Source of the DNA: an uncultured Planctomycetota bacterium
GTDB taxonomy: Bacteria; Planctomycetota; Planctomycetia; Isosphaerales; Isosphaeraceae
Direction of reading: 5' to 3'
Assembly (NCBI GenBank): GCA_963823665.1
Contig: CAWGMQ010000010.1
Location: 960,001-1,024,000, forward strand
DNA length: 64,000 nucleotides
Shown: positions 13,901 through 23,280 of the stretch, piece by piece
How positions within the stretch are numbered: position 1 is the first letter of the stretch
Layout of the letters: every line of letters starts with the position of its first letter
The notes under the pieces: model-generated
Databases searched by the model: none
What the model saw: the letters and a program-made list of their open reading frames with translations, nothing else
What the model was told of the DNA's origin: nothing
Made by a program: the position numbers and the translations under genes

Positions 13901-15094
13901 GCGATATTGCCGGTGATCGTGTTACCGGTGCTGGATCCGTACACGCTGATCCCGGAGCTCGCGTTGCCCACGGCGGCCGTTAAAGCTTGATTCGTGCCCA
14001 GGTCGTTGCCTTCCACGAGGTTGTCGGTTGTGCTTGACCCGTCAATATCGATGCCGTCGGTCGCGTTGCCGGAAATGAGATTCCCGGCGCTGCCGGTCCC
14101 CCCGATCGTGTTGTCGGTCGCGCCGTTCCAGATGTTCACACCGAGGCTATTCGGAATGCCCGCGGTGCCCGCGGCGTTCGTGCCGATGTAGTTGCCCACG
14201 ACCAGGTTGTTTGACGCGCCGCCTGACCCGTTGATCACCACTCCGTACTTCGTGGCGTTTCCTGAGATGATGTTCCGCGCAGTGCTCGTAAGACCGCCGA
14301 CCGTGTTGCCGCTTGAGCCGACGACCTGCACGCCGCTCATGCCGTTAGCAAGAGCCACGGTTCCCGTGACATCGGTTCCGATCAAGTTTCCCTCGACGAG
14401 ATTGCCGCCGGCCGGGTCGTCGAGATACACTCCGCTCGCGGTGTTGCCGGAAATCAAATTGCCGGCGCCGGTGCCCGGAGTGGAGGTCAGGCCGCCGATC
14501 GTGTTGCCCGATCCGACGTAGACCTCGATTCCGGCTGCCGCCGTTGGCCTCCGCCGTCTCGCCGTTGAAGTCGGTGCCGACGTAGTTGTTCGTGATCTGC
14601 CATCCCGAGCCCGCCACCAGGATGCCGTTGTCCGAGAATTCATTAATCACAAGCCCCTTCACCACGCCGCCACTGGCGGAAAGCAAGAGTCCGTTTTCTC
14701 CTGCGCCGGCGCTTGAGCCGACGAGCTCGATGATGGGAGTGCCGGTGTATCCCGGCTGGGTGGTGCCGTCGATGGTCACCGAAGCCGTGATGTCCGGCAG
14801 CGCGGAAAGCGGCGTGATGACCTGCGGGCCGGTGCCGATGCTGAAGTCGATCGTCGACCCGGCGTTTCCATTGGCACTCGTGATCGCCTGGCGCAGTGAA
14901 CCGGGCCCGCTGTCGGCCGTCGTGTTGACGGTATACGTCGACGGCATCATCCGTCTTTCCAGCCCGTGGAGCTCGGGCTGGAACGGCTCTGCCTTCTTCC
15001 GCTTCTTCAGCTCGAAGCGCCAGCGGCTCGTCTTCCGCCGCTTGTGTTTCCCGTGACCATAGCCGCCCGCACCCGGATCATGAGCAGTCGACAT
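1..15094 (-). CDS. Giant secreted/surface parallel beta-helix repeat protein (adhesin-like), >5000 aa, C-terminus beyond the left edge; two apparent frameshifts (~14545, ~11685)
   Basis: Starts MSTAHD...LHGLERRMMPSTYTVNTTADSGPGSLRQAI (planctomycete LExR leader plus CSLREA-like start), then dozens of NTIGGTxxGAGNxISGN/GNxIGTD repeats. The + strand shadow ORFs from 87 to 11205 all share one frame, indicating one open minus-strand frame from ~11690 to 1 that the ORF track misses. After ~2300 the repeat type changes (WINPSGGDWDDPSNW, then ~250-aa passenger-like repeats). Confidence 0.85.
3413..5137. repeat. Near-identical 156-bp direct repeat pair (3413-3568 and 4982-5137) inside the giant gene
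   Basis: Direct comparison shows only a handful of mismatches, and the last ~75 bp (gtgataaagattccgcc...atcacgtt) are identical. Confidence 0.85.
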
Positions 15095-15896
15095 CGCTCG
15101 GCTCTTTTCGGCGAAGAAGAAGATGCGTCTTGGGTGTATGTCTGATTCAAACGCCGGCCGTCACCTCGCGGAACCGACCGGAAACTGCATCGTGACGATT
15201 CAGGAATTCGTTGCTGCTTTGCATACTGATGGTTCAGAAGACGTTCACTGCTTTCGCGAGAAACATACTCGCTCTCAAGGGTTCTCGAGCGCAGCAGAAC
15301 CTCGACCCCCTGATCACAAGGCTCCATCGGCGGAAAAATGTGACGCGCACCGCCAAAAAAAATCCGCGCCTCGGCACGCGGGCCTTCATGCAGTCCTCCC
15401 CGACTCTCTCTTGCGCTCGATCGTCGTCGTTCATTTGGTGATGCGAGATACCTTCATGCATCGGCCTCTTACCGGCAACTCCCCAGCGATTGAGCAAACC
15501 GGGTCCGGACCTCGCTACACATCCGCAAAGCCTTGACCCGTCGAGGCATCGGGAGAGCAGTATAATGAGTGGCTCACCTGAATCACTACTCCATAACGGT
15601 GATGACTCAACAAACCTGGACGCATGAGGTTTTTTTTCAACCCTTCGTCGATCCTCAATCCTCGAAGCGCAAGATAGTGCGAGCATGGATTGACGTTGAT
15701 GGGGACTTCGATCATAGTTTGGCAGGGGTCGGCTCATTAAAAGGCGAGTGCGTACCTTAGCCCGGACCGCACCTACGGCCTCTATAGTTGTATTAGGGTC
15801 CGAGATCCCGAATCTAACTCGCTTTGTCGATTGTTGTGGTTGTTTTCGGGTTGAGCGGCGCCGGCGATCCCCCGGCTCGGCTCGAGAGCGTACGCG

Positions 15897-16718
15897 ATGG
15901 AGGTCGCTTTCCTGGTGGCGGACCTTTGCTTCGTGACCACGTGTATGGGAAGGTTGGGCGCTTTGCGGCGATCGCTGCCGGCGATGCTCGCCCAGAGCGG
16001 AACGTGCATCGTGGTCGACTATTCCTGCCCTGAACATTGCGGCGATTGGGTCGAGGCCTGCCACCCGCGGGCTCGCGTCGTTCGCGTGCCGGGCCAGGAT
16101 CGATTCAACGCCTCCGCTGCGCGGAATGCTGGAGCGCGACATGCCGACGCCCCGTGGATCTGCTTTGTCGATTCCGACGTCGTTCTCGCACCCGAGTTTT
16201 CCGGCGTGGTGCCGCCCGCGCTGGCACCCGGCGGATATTACCGCGCATTCGCGAAGGACCGAGGCCTCGGAGGCACGTTCGTCTGTACCCGGGCCGATTT
16301 CGAGCGGATTGGCGGCTACGACGAAATCTATCCGTGCTGGGGCGAGGAAGACAACGACCTTTACGACGCCCTCCAGTTCGCCGGTCTCGAGACCCGCGAG
16401 CTGCCGGAGGCGCTGCTCCGCCACCTCGCCCACTCCGACGACGAACGGACGCGGCATTATGCGATGACCGACGTCGTGCTCGGCCATGCGATCAACCGTG
16501 TGTACCGCATCATCAAGTGGGACGTCGCCCGCCTGAACCGTGAGCTGCTCGATTCGCCGTCCCGGCGCGCCTTCTACGAGAAGATCTCCGAAGTCTTTGC
16601 CGACTCGATCAAGACCGGCCGCCCCGGCGATTGGACGGTCAGTTTGCCCATCGGACTCGTGCCCGGTGGCCGGTCTCTCTCCAGGCAGATCACCTACCGT
16701 CTCACGAAGGATGATTGA
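15897..16718 (+). CDS. Glycosyltransferase family 2 (GT-A fold) with galactosyltransferase-like C-terminal region
   Basis: FVTTCMGRL, IVVDYSCP, FNASAARNAGA, CFVDSDV (DxD), GGYDE..WGEEDNDL motifs. Confidence 0.85.
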   Translation: MEVAFLVADLCFVTTCMGRLGALRRSLPAMLAQSGTCIVVDYSCPEHCGDWVEACHPRARVVRVPGQDRFNASAARNAGARHADAPWICFVDSDVVLAPEFSGVVPPALAPGGYYRAFAKDRGLGGTFVCTRADFERIGGYDEIYPCWGEEDNDLYDALQFAGLETRELPEALLRHLAHSDDERTRHYAMTDVVLGHAINRVYRIIKWDVARLNRELLDSPSRRAFYEKISEVFADSIKTGRPGDWTVSLPIGLVPGGRSLSRQITYRLTKDD

Positions 16719-16784
16719 GGGATCTCGCTCGCCCGCGTCGCCGGCAGTCAATCGTACGATGCCCCGATTGTCGCCCTTCGCTCC

Positions 16785-18437
16785 GAGGCTGTGATTTTTT
16801 CGGCGTTGGGGTTGATTTTGTATAGTGTTCACGTTCTAATACCATGCATGTAGTCCGCCGCATGAGCCCCACGCAGCCCCGGTGTTGCAGGACGAGCGTC
16901 ATGACACTTCCTCTCTTTAGCCCAGAAGACTTGCCCGATCAGCCCTCTCCCGCCCAGGCTGCCCAGTCGATGCCAACTGGCAAGCCGCGGCTGCGGTGTC
17001 CCGTACGCGACCAGATCGAGATGCGCTGGGCATCGCTCGATGAATTGCTCGAGGCCGACCATCCGGCCCGGGTCGTCTGGGCGGCGGTCTGCAAGCTCGA
17101 TCTGAAAGCCTGGCTCGGCGAGATCAAGGCCGTCGAGCGACATGTCGGCCGAGATGCCACCGACCCGCGCTTGCTGGTCGGATTGCGGGTTTTCGCCACA
17201 TTGAAGGGAGTCGGCAGCGCCCGTGAAATCGAACGGCTGTGCGAAAAGAACCAAGGGAGTCTGCCGTACCAGTGGCTGTGCGGCGGCGTAACCGTCAACC
17301 ACAGCATGTTGTCCCACTTCCTCGCTTGTGGGGGCGAGAAGTTGAACGAACTGCTCACGCAGATCGTGGGCACCCTGCTCCATGCCGGGTTGGTGAAAAT
17401 GGACCGGGTCGCTCAGGACGGAATGAGAGTGCGTGCCAGCGCGGGCAAGAGGCTCGTTTCGTCGTCGCGGTAGCCTGGAGGAGTGCCTGAAAGCGGCGAA
17501 GGAGCAGGTTGAGGCGCTGAAGAAACTGGCCGAGGAGGACACAGCAGAGCTGACTCGACGGCAGCGAGCGGCGCGGGAGCGTGCCGCCAACAAGCGACAG
17601 CAACGGATCGAAGAAGCGATGCGGCAGTGCGAGGAGCTGCAACGCGAACGTGACGAGTCCTACGGCCGCAAGGGGCGGGAAGCGCGTGCTTCGACCACCG
17701 ACCCCGACGCGAGGATCATGAAGTTTCCAGACGGAGGATTCCGGCCGGGATATAACGTTCAATTCACAACAGACACCGAAAGCGGTGTGATTGTGGGTGT
17801 GGAGGTGACCAACGCAGGGAACGATGGCGAAGAACTTCCGCCCATGCTCGACCAGTTGGAGGAGCGTTACGAACGAATTCCGGATGAGGCATTGGTTGAC
17901 GGTGGCTTCACGACCAAGGACTCGATCGATCAGGCGGCCCAACGCGGCTGCATCGTATACGGGCCGATCAGAGACGAGAAAAAGAAACAGGCAAATGGAG
18001 AAGATCCCTACACCGCAAAGAAGGGCGACAGCGAAGCGGTTGCCGCTTGGCGGATCCGAATGGGGACCGAGGCCGCGAAGCTGATCTACCGGCTGCGAGG
18101 CCAAACAGCCGAGTGGGTCAACGCCCAGGCTCGCAATCGAGGATTCTGGTTTATGCCCGTGCGTGGCCAACCGCGTTGCCGCGCCGTCGCATTGTTGTTT
18201 GCAATTGCTCACAACCTGGTTGTCGCAGGGAGACTGCGCCGAGCGATGGGCAAACTGGCGGAATGAGCGGTACTTTGCAAAAAAGGGACAAAATAGGAAA
18301 GCGCGTTTGCGTCAACGGCTGGGCTATTGGAGAACTGGCGTGAATCGGCGGCACTAACCGAGCGACCAAGCGGTGAATCACAGCCGACTAGGCCCAACGG
18401 CCGAGTTACCGCAACGCGGCCAAAAGATGACAGCCTC
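16785..18437 (+). mobile_element. Insertion sequence, IS1182 family (1653 bp)
   Basis: Imperfect terminal inverted repeats GAGGCTGTGATTTTTT (from 16785) and AAAAGATGACAGCCTC (ending 18437). A 3-bp TCC duplication lies at 16782-16784 and 18438-18440. Contains a DDE transposase. Confidence 0.85.
16900..18266 (+). CDS. IS1182-family DDE transposase (one apparent frameshift at ~17450)
   Basis: LDELLEADHPARVVW, SAREIERLC, YQWLCGGVTVNHSMLSHF, AQDGMRVRASAG, STTDPDARIMK..GYNVQ, LVDGGF, YRLRGQTAEWVNA..R, AHNL motifs. Confidence 0.85.
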
Positions 18438-18472
18438 TCCGCGAAGGGATTTCCGCGCCCCGCCGCCGGCAG

Positions 18473-19363
18473 TCAATCGTGCGATGGCCCGAAATCTCGC
18501 CGGCGGCGAAGATTGTCGAGGAAGCCCGTTCCGAAATGCTCGATCTCGAGGAATCCCGCACTCTCGGGGGCTGGCTTGTAAACCCGAAACGTGCGCATCA
18601 GGCCCAGCGTGGCGGCGCTCTCGAGCTGCCCGATGAAGCGAGTGTCGCGATCGAGAAAGTAAGGCTGCCTCGACCAGGTCTGCATCTGGGCCGCACTCAG
18701 GAAGAAGCAGCCGGCGTGCGGGTTCTTCGTTCGCTGAAAGGTAACGGTTGTGCCCAGCAAGCTGCCCGTCGCCGAGGGATTGACGTGCACATCCTGAAAC
18801 TTGGCAGTCGCGTCCTCGGGAAGGTCGCCGTCGATGTACGCCTTGTGCACCAAGCCCAGCAGCGGCCCAACCTCATAGCGGTTCGGCTGAAGCACCACCT
18901 CCTCGCCGAGCTGCTTCAGAAACCATTCCAGCTTGACGAACAACCAGGGATCGCGCGAGATCAGGTCGTCTTCCAGGTACGCGTAATAGTCGTACTCGCC
19001 GAGCCCGTCACGAAGGACGGCGTGGCACTCGAAGCCCAGCAGAGCAGGGGGGCAACTGCTCGGTTGCCGTCGAAACGAGCCGTGCGGGAGCCGCAGACGG
19101 CCCAGCAAATGGTCTTCGCCCGCAGTGCAGATGACCACGTCAACCTGGCCGTTGGTCCGCGCATTGGCCGGCAGTGCCACCCGCGTCGCCTGGTCAATGA
19201 TATGTTGGGCAGGTCCATAAAGCTGGTGCAGCGAGCCGACGCACGCGGTGAGAGCAGCGACGCGCGATTCGGCGTGCGGCCCGGCCGACCCGTGCTCCCG
19301 GCCGTCCGGCGTCGCCGTCCTGGCGTTGTTATAAAAGTGAGGGATAGCAACCAGGATGCGCAT
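18473..19363 (-). CDS. Conserved hypothetical protein, probably glycosyltransferase-like (GT-A type)
   Basis: Open frame from MRILVAIPHFY, containing YDYYAYLEDDL (ExD acidic motif) and LQPNRYE. Lies among other glycosyltransferase genes. Confidence 0.6.
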   Translation of the reverse strand: MRILVAIPHFYNNARTATPDGREHGSAGPHAESRVAALTACVGSLHQLYGPAQHIIDQATRVALPANARTNGQVDVVICTAGEDHLLGRLRLPHGSFRRQPSSCPPALLGFECHAVLRDGLGEYDYYAYLEDDLISRDPWLFVKLEWFLKQLGEEVVLQPNRYEVGPLLGLVHKAYIDGDLPEDATAKFQDVHVNPSATGSLLGTTVTFQRTKNPHAGCFFLSAAQMQTWSRQPYFLDRDTRFIGQLESAATLGLMRTFRVYKPAPESAGFLEIEHFGTGFLDNLRRRRDFGPSHD

Positions 19364-19630
19364 GGAACCCGAGCCTTCTCCAAAACCTGGAGCGATACTC
19401 GAGTATGGCAATCAGTTCCCACCACCGGCAAGACTGGGCTGTTCGTCGCTGTACTGGCAATCCTCGACGGCCACCGACCGCCGCACAGGGATCTCGCCGA
19501 GCCTCGTGGCCGAGCCGTCAATCGCCGCGTTCAAGGACAACCGCGATCCGGGCCTGGAGTCGATTTTCACGTACATCGACTCGCATTCGGGCGCGAAAGA
19601 GTAGGCAGCGCAAGCTTGGTGCGCAGCCGC

Positions 19631-21388
19631 TTACTGACCCTCGAGTGCAGCCCGAATCGCACTAACCGTCTTTTCGCTATCGCAAAGAGCCCGGAACTGC
19701 TCGCGATCGAGCAAGGTTTTCACCCGGCATCTGATCGTCACGGGGCGGGCCAGGGGATACTTGGCGTCGTCCCAGACGATCTCGGGATGGACCGGTCGAC
19801 CCAGCCTGTCGCGCACAGCGACTGTCGGGCATTCGACGAAGCTAGCCTTGAGGGTTCGTTGCTCGTAGCCGAGCGTCGCGAGGACGTGGAACTCGTTCCG
19901 CTCGATGTCCTTGAAGAGCGGCACCATCAGCCGAACGTCTTCGCTCAGATCGGGATCGTCGCGGTAGCGCACGATCCAGGAACGGGTCGTCGCCCTGGCT
20001 GTCGCGAACCTTCGTTTGTCTTCGGGCTTCAAATCGCAGCCGATTCCCAGTTCGTCGTCCACGACGGCCGCAGCACCGGTGAATAACTGTTCGATCAAGA
20101 GCATTTCCTCTAGCAAGGATCTGTCGGTCTGCCCCGTCGATGTCACGATCTTTCTCGAAAACAGCACATCTTCGCCGAGCGTCGCCACGAGCCTTTCCCG
20201 GACAAAACAGTAGGATTCCGCGCGGCGGCGGTAGTACTCCGCGAGCGGTTCCACCGTCAGGCAGGGCGCGATGACAAGCGGACATCCACCCGCGGAAAGG
20301 GCTTCGAGCTGCTTGACGTGGCTCTCTCGGGCTGAGCCAAGAAGCGATTCGAACAACTGGCGGAGATCCTCTCGGTAGCTCTCCGCAAGCTCGAGCTTCG
20401 CGGCCTCGGGAGCCTGATCGGGCAGGAGGAGTGGCTCGAGGGAGTAGAGGACATGGTCGTACCATCCGCTCGCGCCCGTGATTGCCAGGCTCAGCCGGCC
20501 GTCGCTGATTCGTGCGATCAGCTCGCCGATCAGATTAAAGCCGGGCGGTACCCTGTTGGGCCCGACCAGCCGCTTGAGCAGACGTCCCTCGAACGAGTCA
20601 GAAGGTGGAAAGAGGGAGGGCCGCTCGCCCGATCGCGACAGAACGCTCGATCCGACCAGCGGGTTGGTGATGATCGCAAGCGCGATGTGCGTCTCGTAGG
20701 CGGAGCACATGGTTTCGTCGGCTTCCAGAACGGCGGCCATTGTCGATGCGACATTCTCGGAAAGCCCTTCCTGAAGCGCCTTGGCTTGCCGGTAAAGCCC
20801 GGCGAGCCGCGTGCTCCACGAATAAACTCCGAGCGGAACATCAACCTCCTGTCGCTTCCGGAACTCGCTGAGCCAGCGGCTGCGGTGAAGCCGTAGCTCT
20901 GGCGGAGGGTTGGTTGTGATCTTCGAGTCTTCGGTTCCGGCAAGCGCGCGAGCCGCCATGAGCAGGCCGATCGCCTCCGCTTGCGCCTCGTCGCCAGGCG
21001 ATCGATCCCATCCGTCTCGGAGTCGGACCAGTAATCCCTGGATCAGGGCAGAGCGGCCCATGACGCTCATAGTGCCGTCGTCGAGTAGCAGCTCCAGCGT
21101 CGCCACGATGCTGTCGTCGACCGACTTCGCTTTTTGAGCGAGCACCGCCGCCGACACGAATGGATCTTCAACAGGGAGCGAAGAAACGCTCGGGAACAGC
21201 GGCGCTTGAAATTGCTGTTGAATGTCGTATTCAAAAGTGCGGAAACCGCCGGTATCAGTGCGAGTGCGCAACGGTAGGAGGCGCATTTCTTGCAACGAGG
21301 CGGTCTGGTCCATCTCCAGGCGCAGAACCTGCGGCGATGGATCCACGTAAACCTGAAGATCGTTCCAATGGAAGAATCTGATCGACAT
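19631..21388 (-). CDS. Hypothetical protein, 585 aa (possibly remote DUF3160-like)
   Basis: Long uninterrupted ORF with an ATG start. The segment ARESHVKQL...LTVEPLAEYYRR recalls the DUF3160 C-terminal motif (weak). Confidence 0.6.
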   Translation of the reverse strand: MSIRFFHWNDLQVYVDPSPQVLRLEMDQTASLQEMRLLPLRTRTDTGGFRTFEYDIQQQFQAPLFPSVSSLPVEDPFVSAAVLAQKAKSVDDSIVATLELLLDDGTMSVMGRSALIQGLLVRLRDGWDRSPGDEAQAEAIGLLMAARALAGTEDSKITTNPPPELRLHRSRWLSEFRKRQEVDVPLGVYSWSTRLAGLYRQAKALQEGLSENVASTMAAVLEADETMCSAYETHIALAIITNPLVGSSVLSRSGERPSLFPPSDSFEGRLLKRLVGPNRVPPGFNLIGELIARISDGRLSLAITGASGWYDHVLYSLEPLLLPDQAPEAAKLELAESYREDLRQLFESLLGSARESHVKQLEALSAGGCPLVIAPCLTVEPLAEYYRRRAESYCFVRERLVATLGEDVLFSRKIVTSTGQTDRSLLEEMLLIEQLFTGAAAVVDDELGIGCDLKPEDKRRFATARATTRSWIVRYRDDPDLSEDVRLMVPLFKDIERNEFHVLATLGYEQRTLKASFVECPTVAVRDRLGRPVHPEIVWDDAKYPLARPVTIRCRVKTLLDREQFRALCDSEKTVSAIRAALEGQ

Positions 21389-21518
21389 GGCTTAGCTCGC
21401 GGGAGGGGTTCGCGGAGACGACCAGCATGGCGCAATGCGCACCAATGTGGTTTCAGGTCACGAAATTACGTATGCTGGCCAACTGTGATTATCCCGGAAA
21501 GCTGAGGCCCGCCGGAAG

Positions 21519-22731
21519 ATGCACGTCCTGTTCGTCCACCAGAACTTCCCTGCCCAGTTCGGGCACATCGCCCGGCACTTGATCCGCACCCGAGGGTGGA
21601 CGTGCACGTTCGTCTCGAAGACGCCTGCCGGCAAAGTTGACGGCATCGAGAAGGTCGCCTACACGACCACCGGCGGTGCCCGCGAGACCACGCACTATTG
21701 CAGCAGGACCTTTGAGAACGCGGTCTGGCATGCCCACGGCGTCTACGAGGCATGCAAGGCCCGGCCCGATCTTCGCCCCGACTTGATCGTCGGCCACAGC
21801 GGCTTCGGGTCGACCGTGTACTTGCCCGAGCTCTACCCCGACGTGCCGATCATCAACTACTTCGAGTTCTATTATCACTCGCATCAGTCGGACATGGATT
21901 TCCGGCCCGAGTTTCCGCCGTCGGAGCTTGATTTTCTCCGCGCACGATCGCGGAACGCGATGCTGTTGCTCGACCTCGAGACCTGCCGCCGCGGATATAG
22001 CCCGACCCGCTTTCAGCAGACGCGCTTCCCGGAGATCTACCAGCCCAAGATCGACGTCATTTTCGACGGAATTGAGACCGATATCTTCCAGCGCCGGCAA
22101 GGCGTGCCCCGCAAGATCGGCGACCGCATCATCCCGCCTACGACGCGCGTTGTAACCTACGTTAGCCGCGGCTTCGAGGCAATGCGCGGATTCGACATCT
22201 TCATGCGGGTCGCCAAGCGAATTTACGAGCAATTTCCCGACGTTGTCTTCGCCGTCGTGGGGAGCGACCGGATCTGCTACGGAGGTGACGAGAAGCACAT
22301 CGAGCACAGGACGTTTCGCGAGCACGTGATGGCGCAAGCCGCCTACGACCGCGACAAGTTCATCTTCACGGGATTGCTCGGCGTCTCGAAGCTGGTGGAT
22401 TTGTGGAGCATCAGCGATCTTGCATCTCTATTTCACCGTTCCGTTCGTCTTGAGCTGGTCGATGGTGGATGCGCTCGCCTGCGGCTGCACGGTGCTCGCG
22501 TCGGATACCGAGCCAGTGCGCGAGATGATCGACGACGGCCAGAACGGGCTCCTCTGCGGTTTCTACGACGTCGAGGGTTTTGCAGCGAAAGCGGTCGAGG
22601 TGCTGCGCGATCCCGGGGCGTTCCGGCACCTGGGCGAGACGGCCGTCGCGCGCGTGCGCGACGCCTATGCCATTGACGTCATTTTGCCCCGCCTCGTGCG
22701 GCTCTTCGAGCAAACCGCGCAGGGGGCTTGA
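21519..22731 (+). CDS. Glycosyltransferase family 4 (GT-B); frameshift at ~22420
   Basis: MHVLFVHQNFPAQF, PDLIVGHSGFG, YVSRGFEAMRGF, then LYFTVPFVLSWSMVDALACGCTVLASDTEPVRE in the next frame. Confidence 0.85.
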
Positions 22732-22806
22732 CATCGGAATGTTCATGCTCGATCCTGAACGCTGTGGGATGCTGGTGATCGGTAATCCCGCGTGCCGGCT
22801 ATGAAG

Positions 22807-22843
22807 GCTCCGCCGTGCGGCTCGCACCGGTGGGGCTTTTTTT
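22807..22843 (+). terminator. Rho-independent terminator-like hairpin
   Basis: gctccgccgtgcg-gct-cgcaccggtggggc stem followed by T7, downstream of the GT4 gene. Confidence 0.6.
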
Positions 22844-22878
22844 ATCGCCTCGTTCGCTCGCCTGCGAGAAGCGATCAG

Positions 22879-23202
22879 ATGAGTGTATTTGCGTCGGTCA
22901 TTCTCTACTACTACATTATGAAGGCGGTCTTTCTGTTCAGCCTGGTTCGAATCCTCGTCAAGTTCGACACGATGAAGGATCACTGGCTGTTTCTGGGCAT
23001 TCTATACACGGCGGGTATCGCATTTCTGAGTTATGTGTTCCTCATGGCCCCGCAGGACGTTCCGGACTGGCGGAGCTGGCAAATCTGGCTCGCAAAGTTT
23101 TTCGCCCTGTCGACGCTTTACTTCTGGCTCTTGGCGAAGTTCGATGAGGGCGTGATTTTCTGGACTGTTCTCCTGCTCGGAATGTTGCTGGTGTGGTTCT
23201 GA
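22879..23202 (+). CDS. Small integral membrane protein
   Basis: 107-aa ORF with about four hydrophobic segments. Confidence 0.7.
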   Translation: MSVFASVILYYYIMKAVFLFSLVRILVKFDTMKDHWLFLGILYTAGIAFLSYVFLMAPQDVPDWRSWQIWLAKFFALSTLYFWLLAKFDEGVIFWTVLLLGMLLVWF

Positions 23203-23280
23203 AGCGACCGCAATGAGCCACGGGGCGCGGGCGCTCTGGCGAAATCGCCGGTTTCCGGTTGTGAGGAAGGGAAGGGCCCG

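Noticed and set aside
87..14521. Many + strand ORFs reading MLPEITLPAP...VPPIVL
   Set aside because: They are antisense shadows of the repetitive minus-strand giant gene.
15234..16832. 532-aa minus-strand ORF, and similar long ORFs at 18479-20086, 24761-26272, 34894-36228 and 58671-60491
   Set aside because: Each overlaps a gene with clear family motifs on the other strand. Long shadow ORFs are expected at high GC.
17433..17473. Programmed ribosomal frameshift in the transposase
   Set aside because: No slippery heptamer at the junction, IS1182 transposases are normally single ORFs, and similar slips occur throughout the window.
19412..19576. 54-aa minus-strand ORF MYVKIDSRPG...GGGN (possible small peptide)
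   Set aside because: No recognisable motif or strong RBS, and no peptide-modifying enzymes nearby; cannot be supported.
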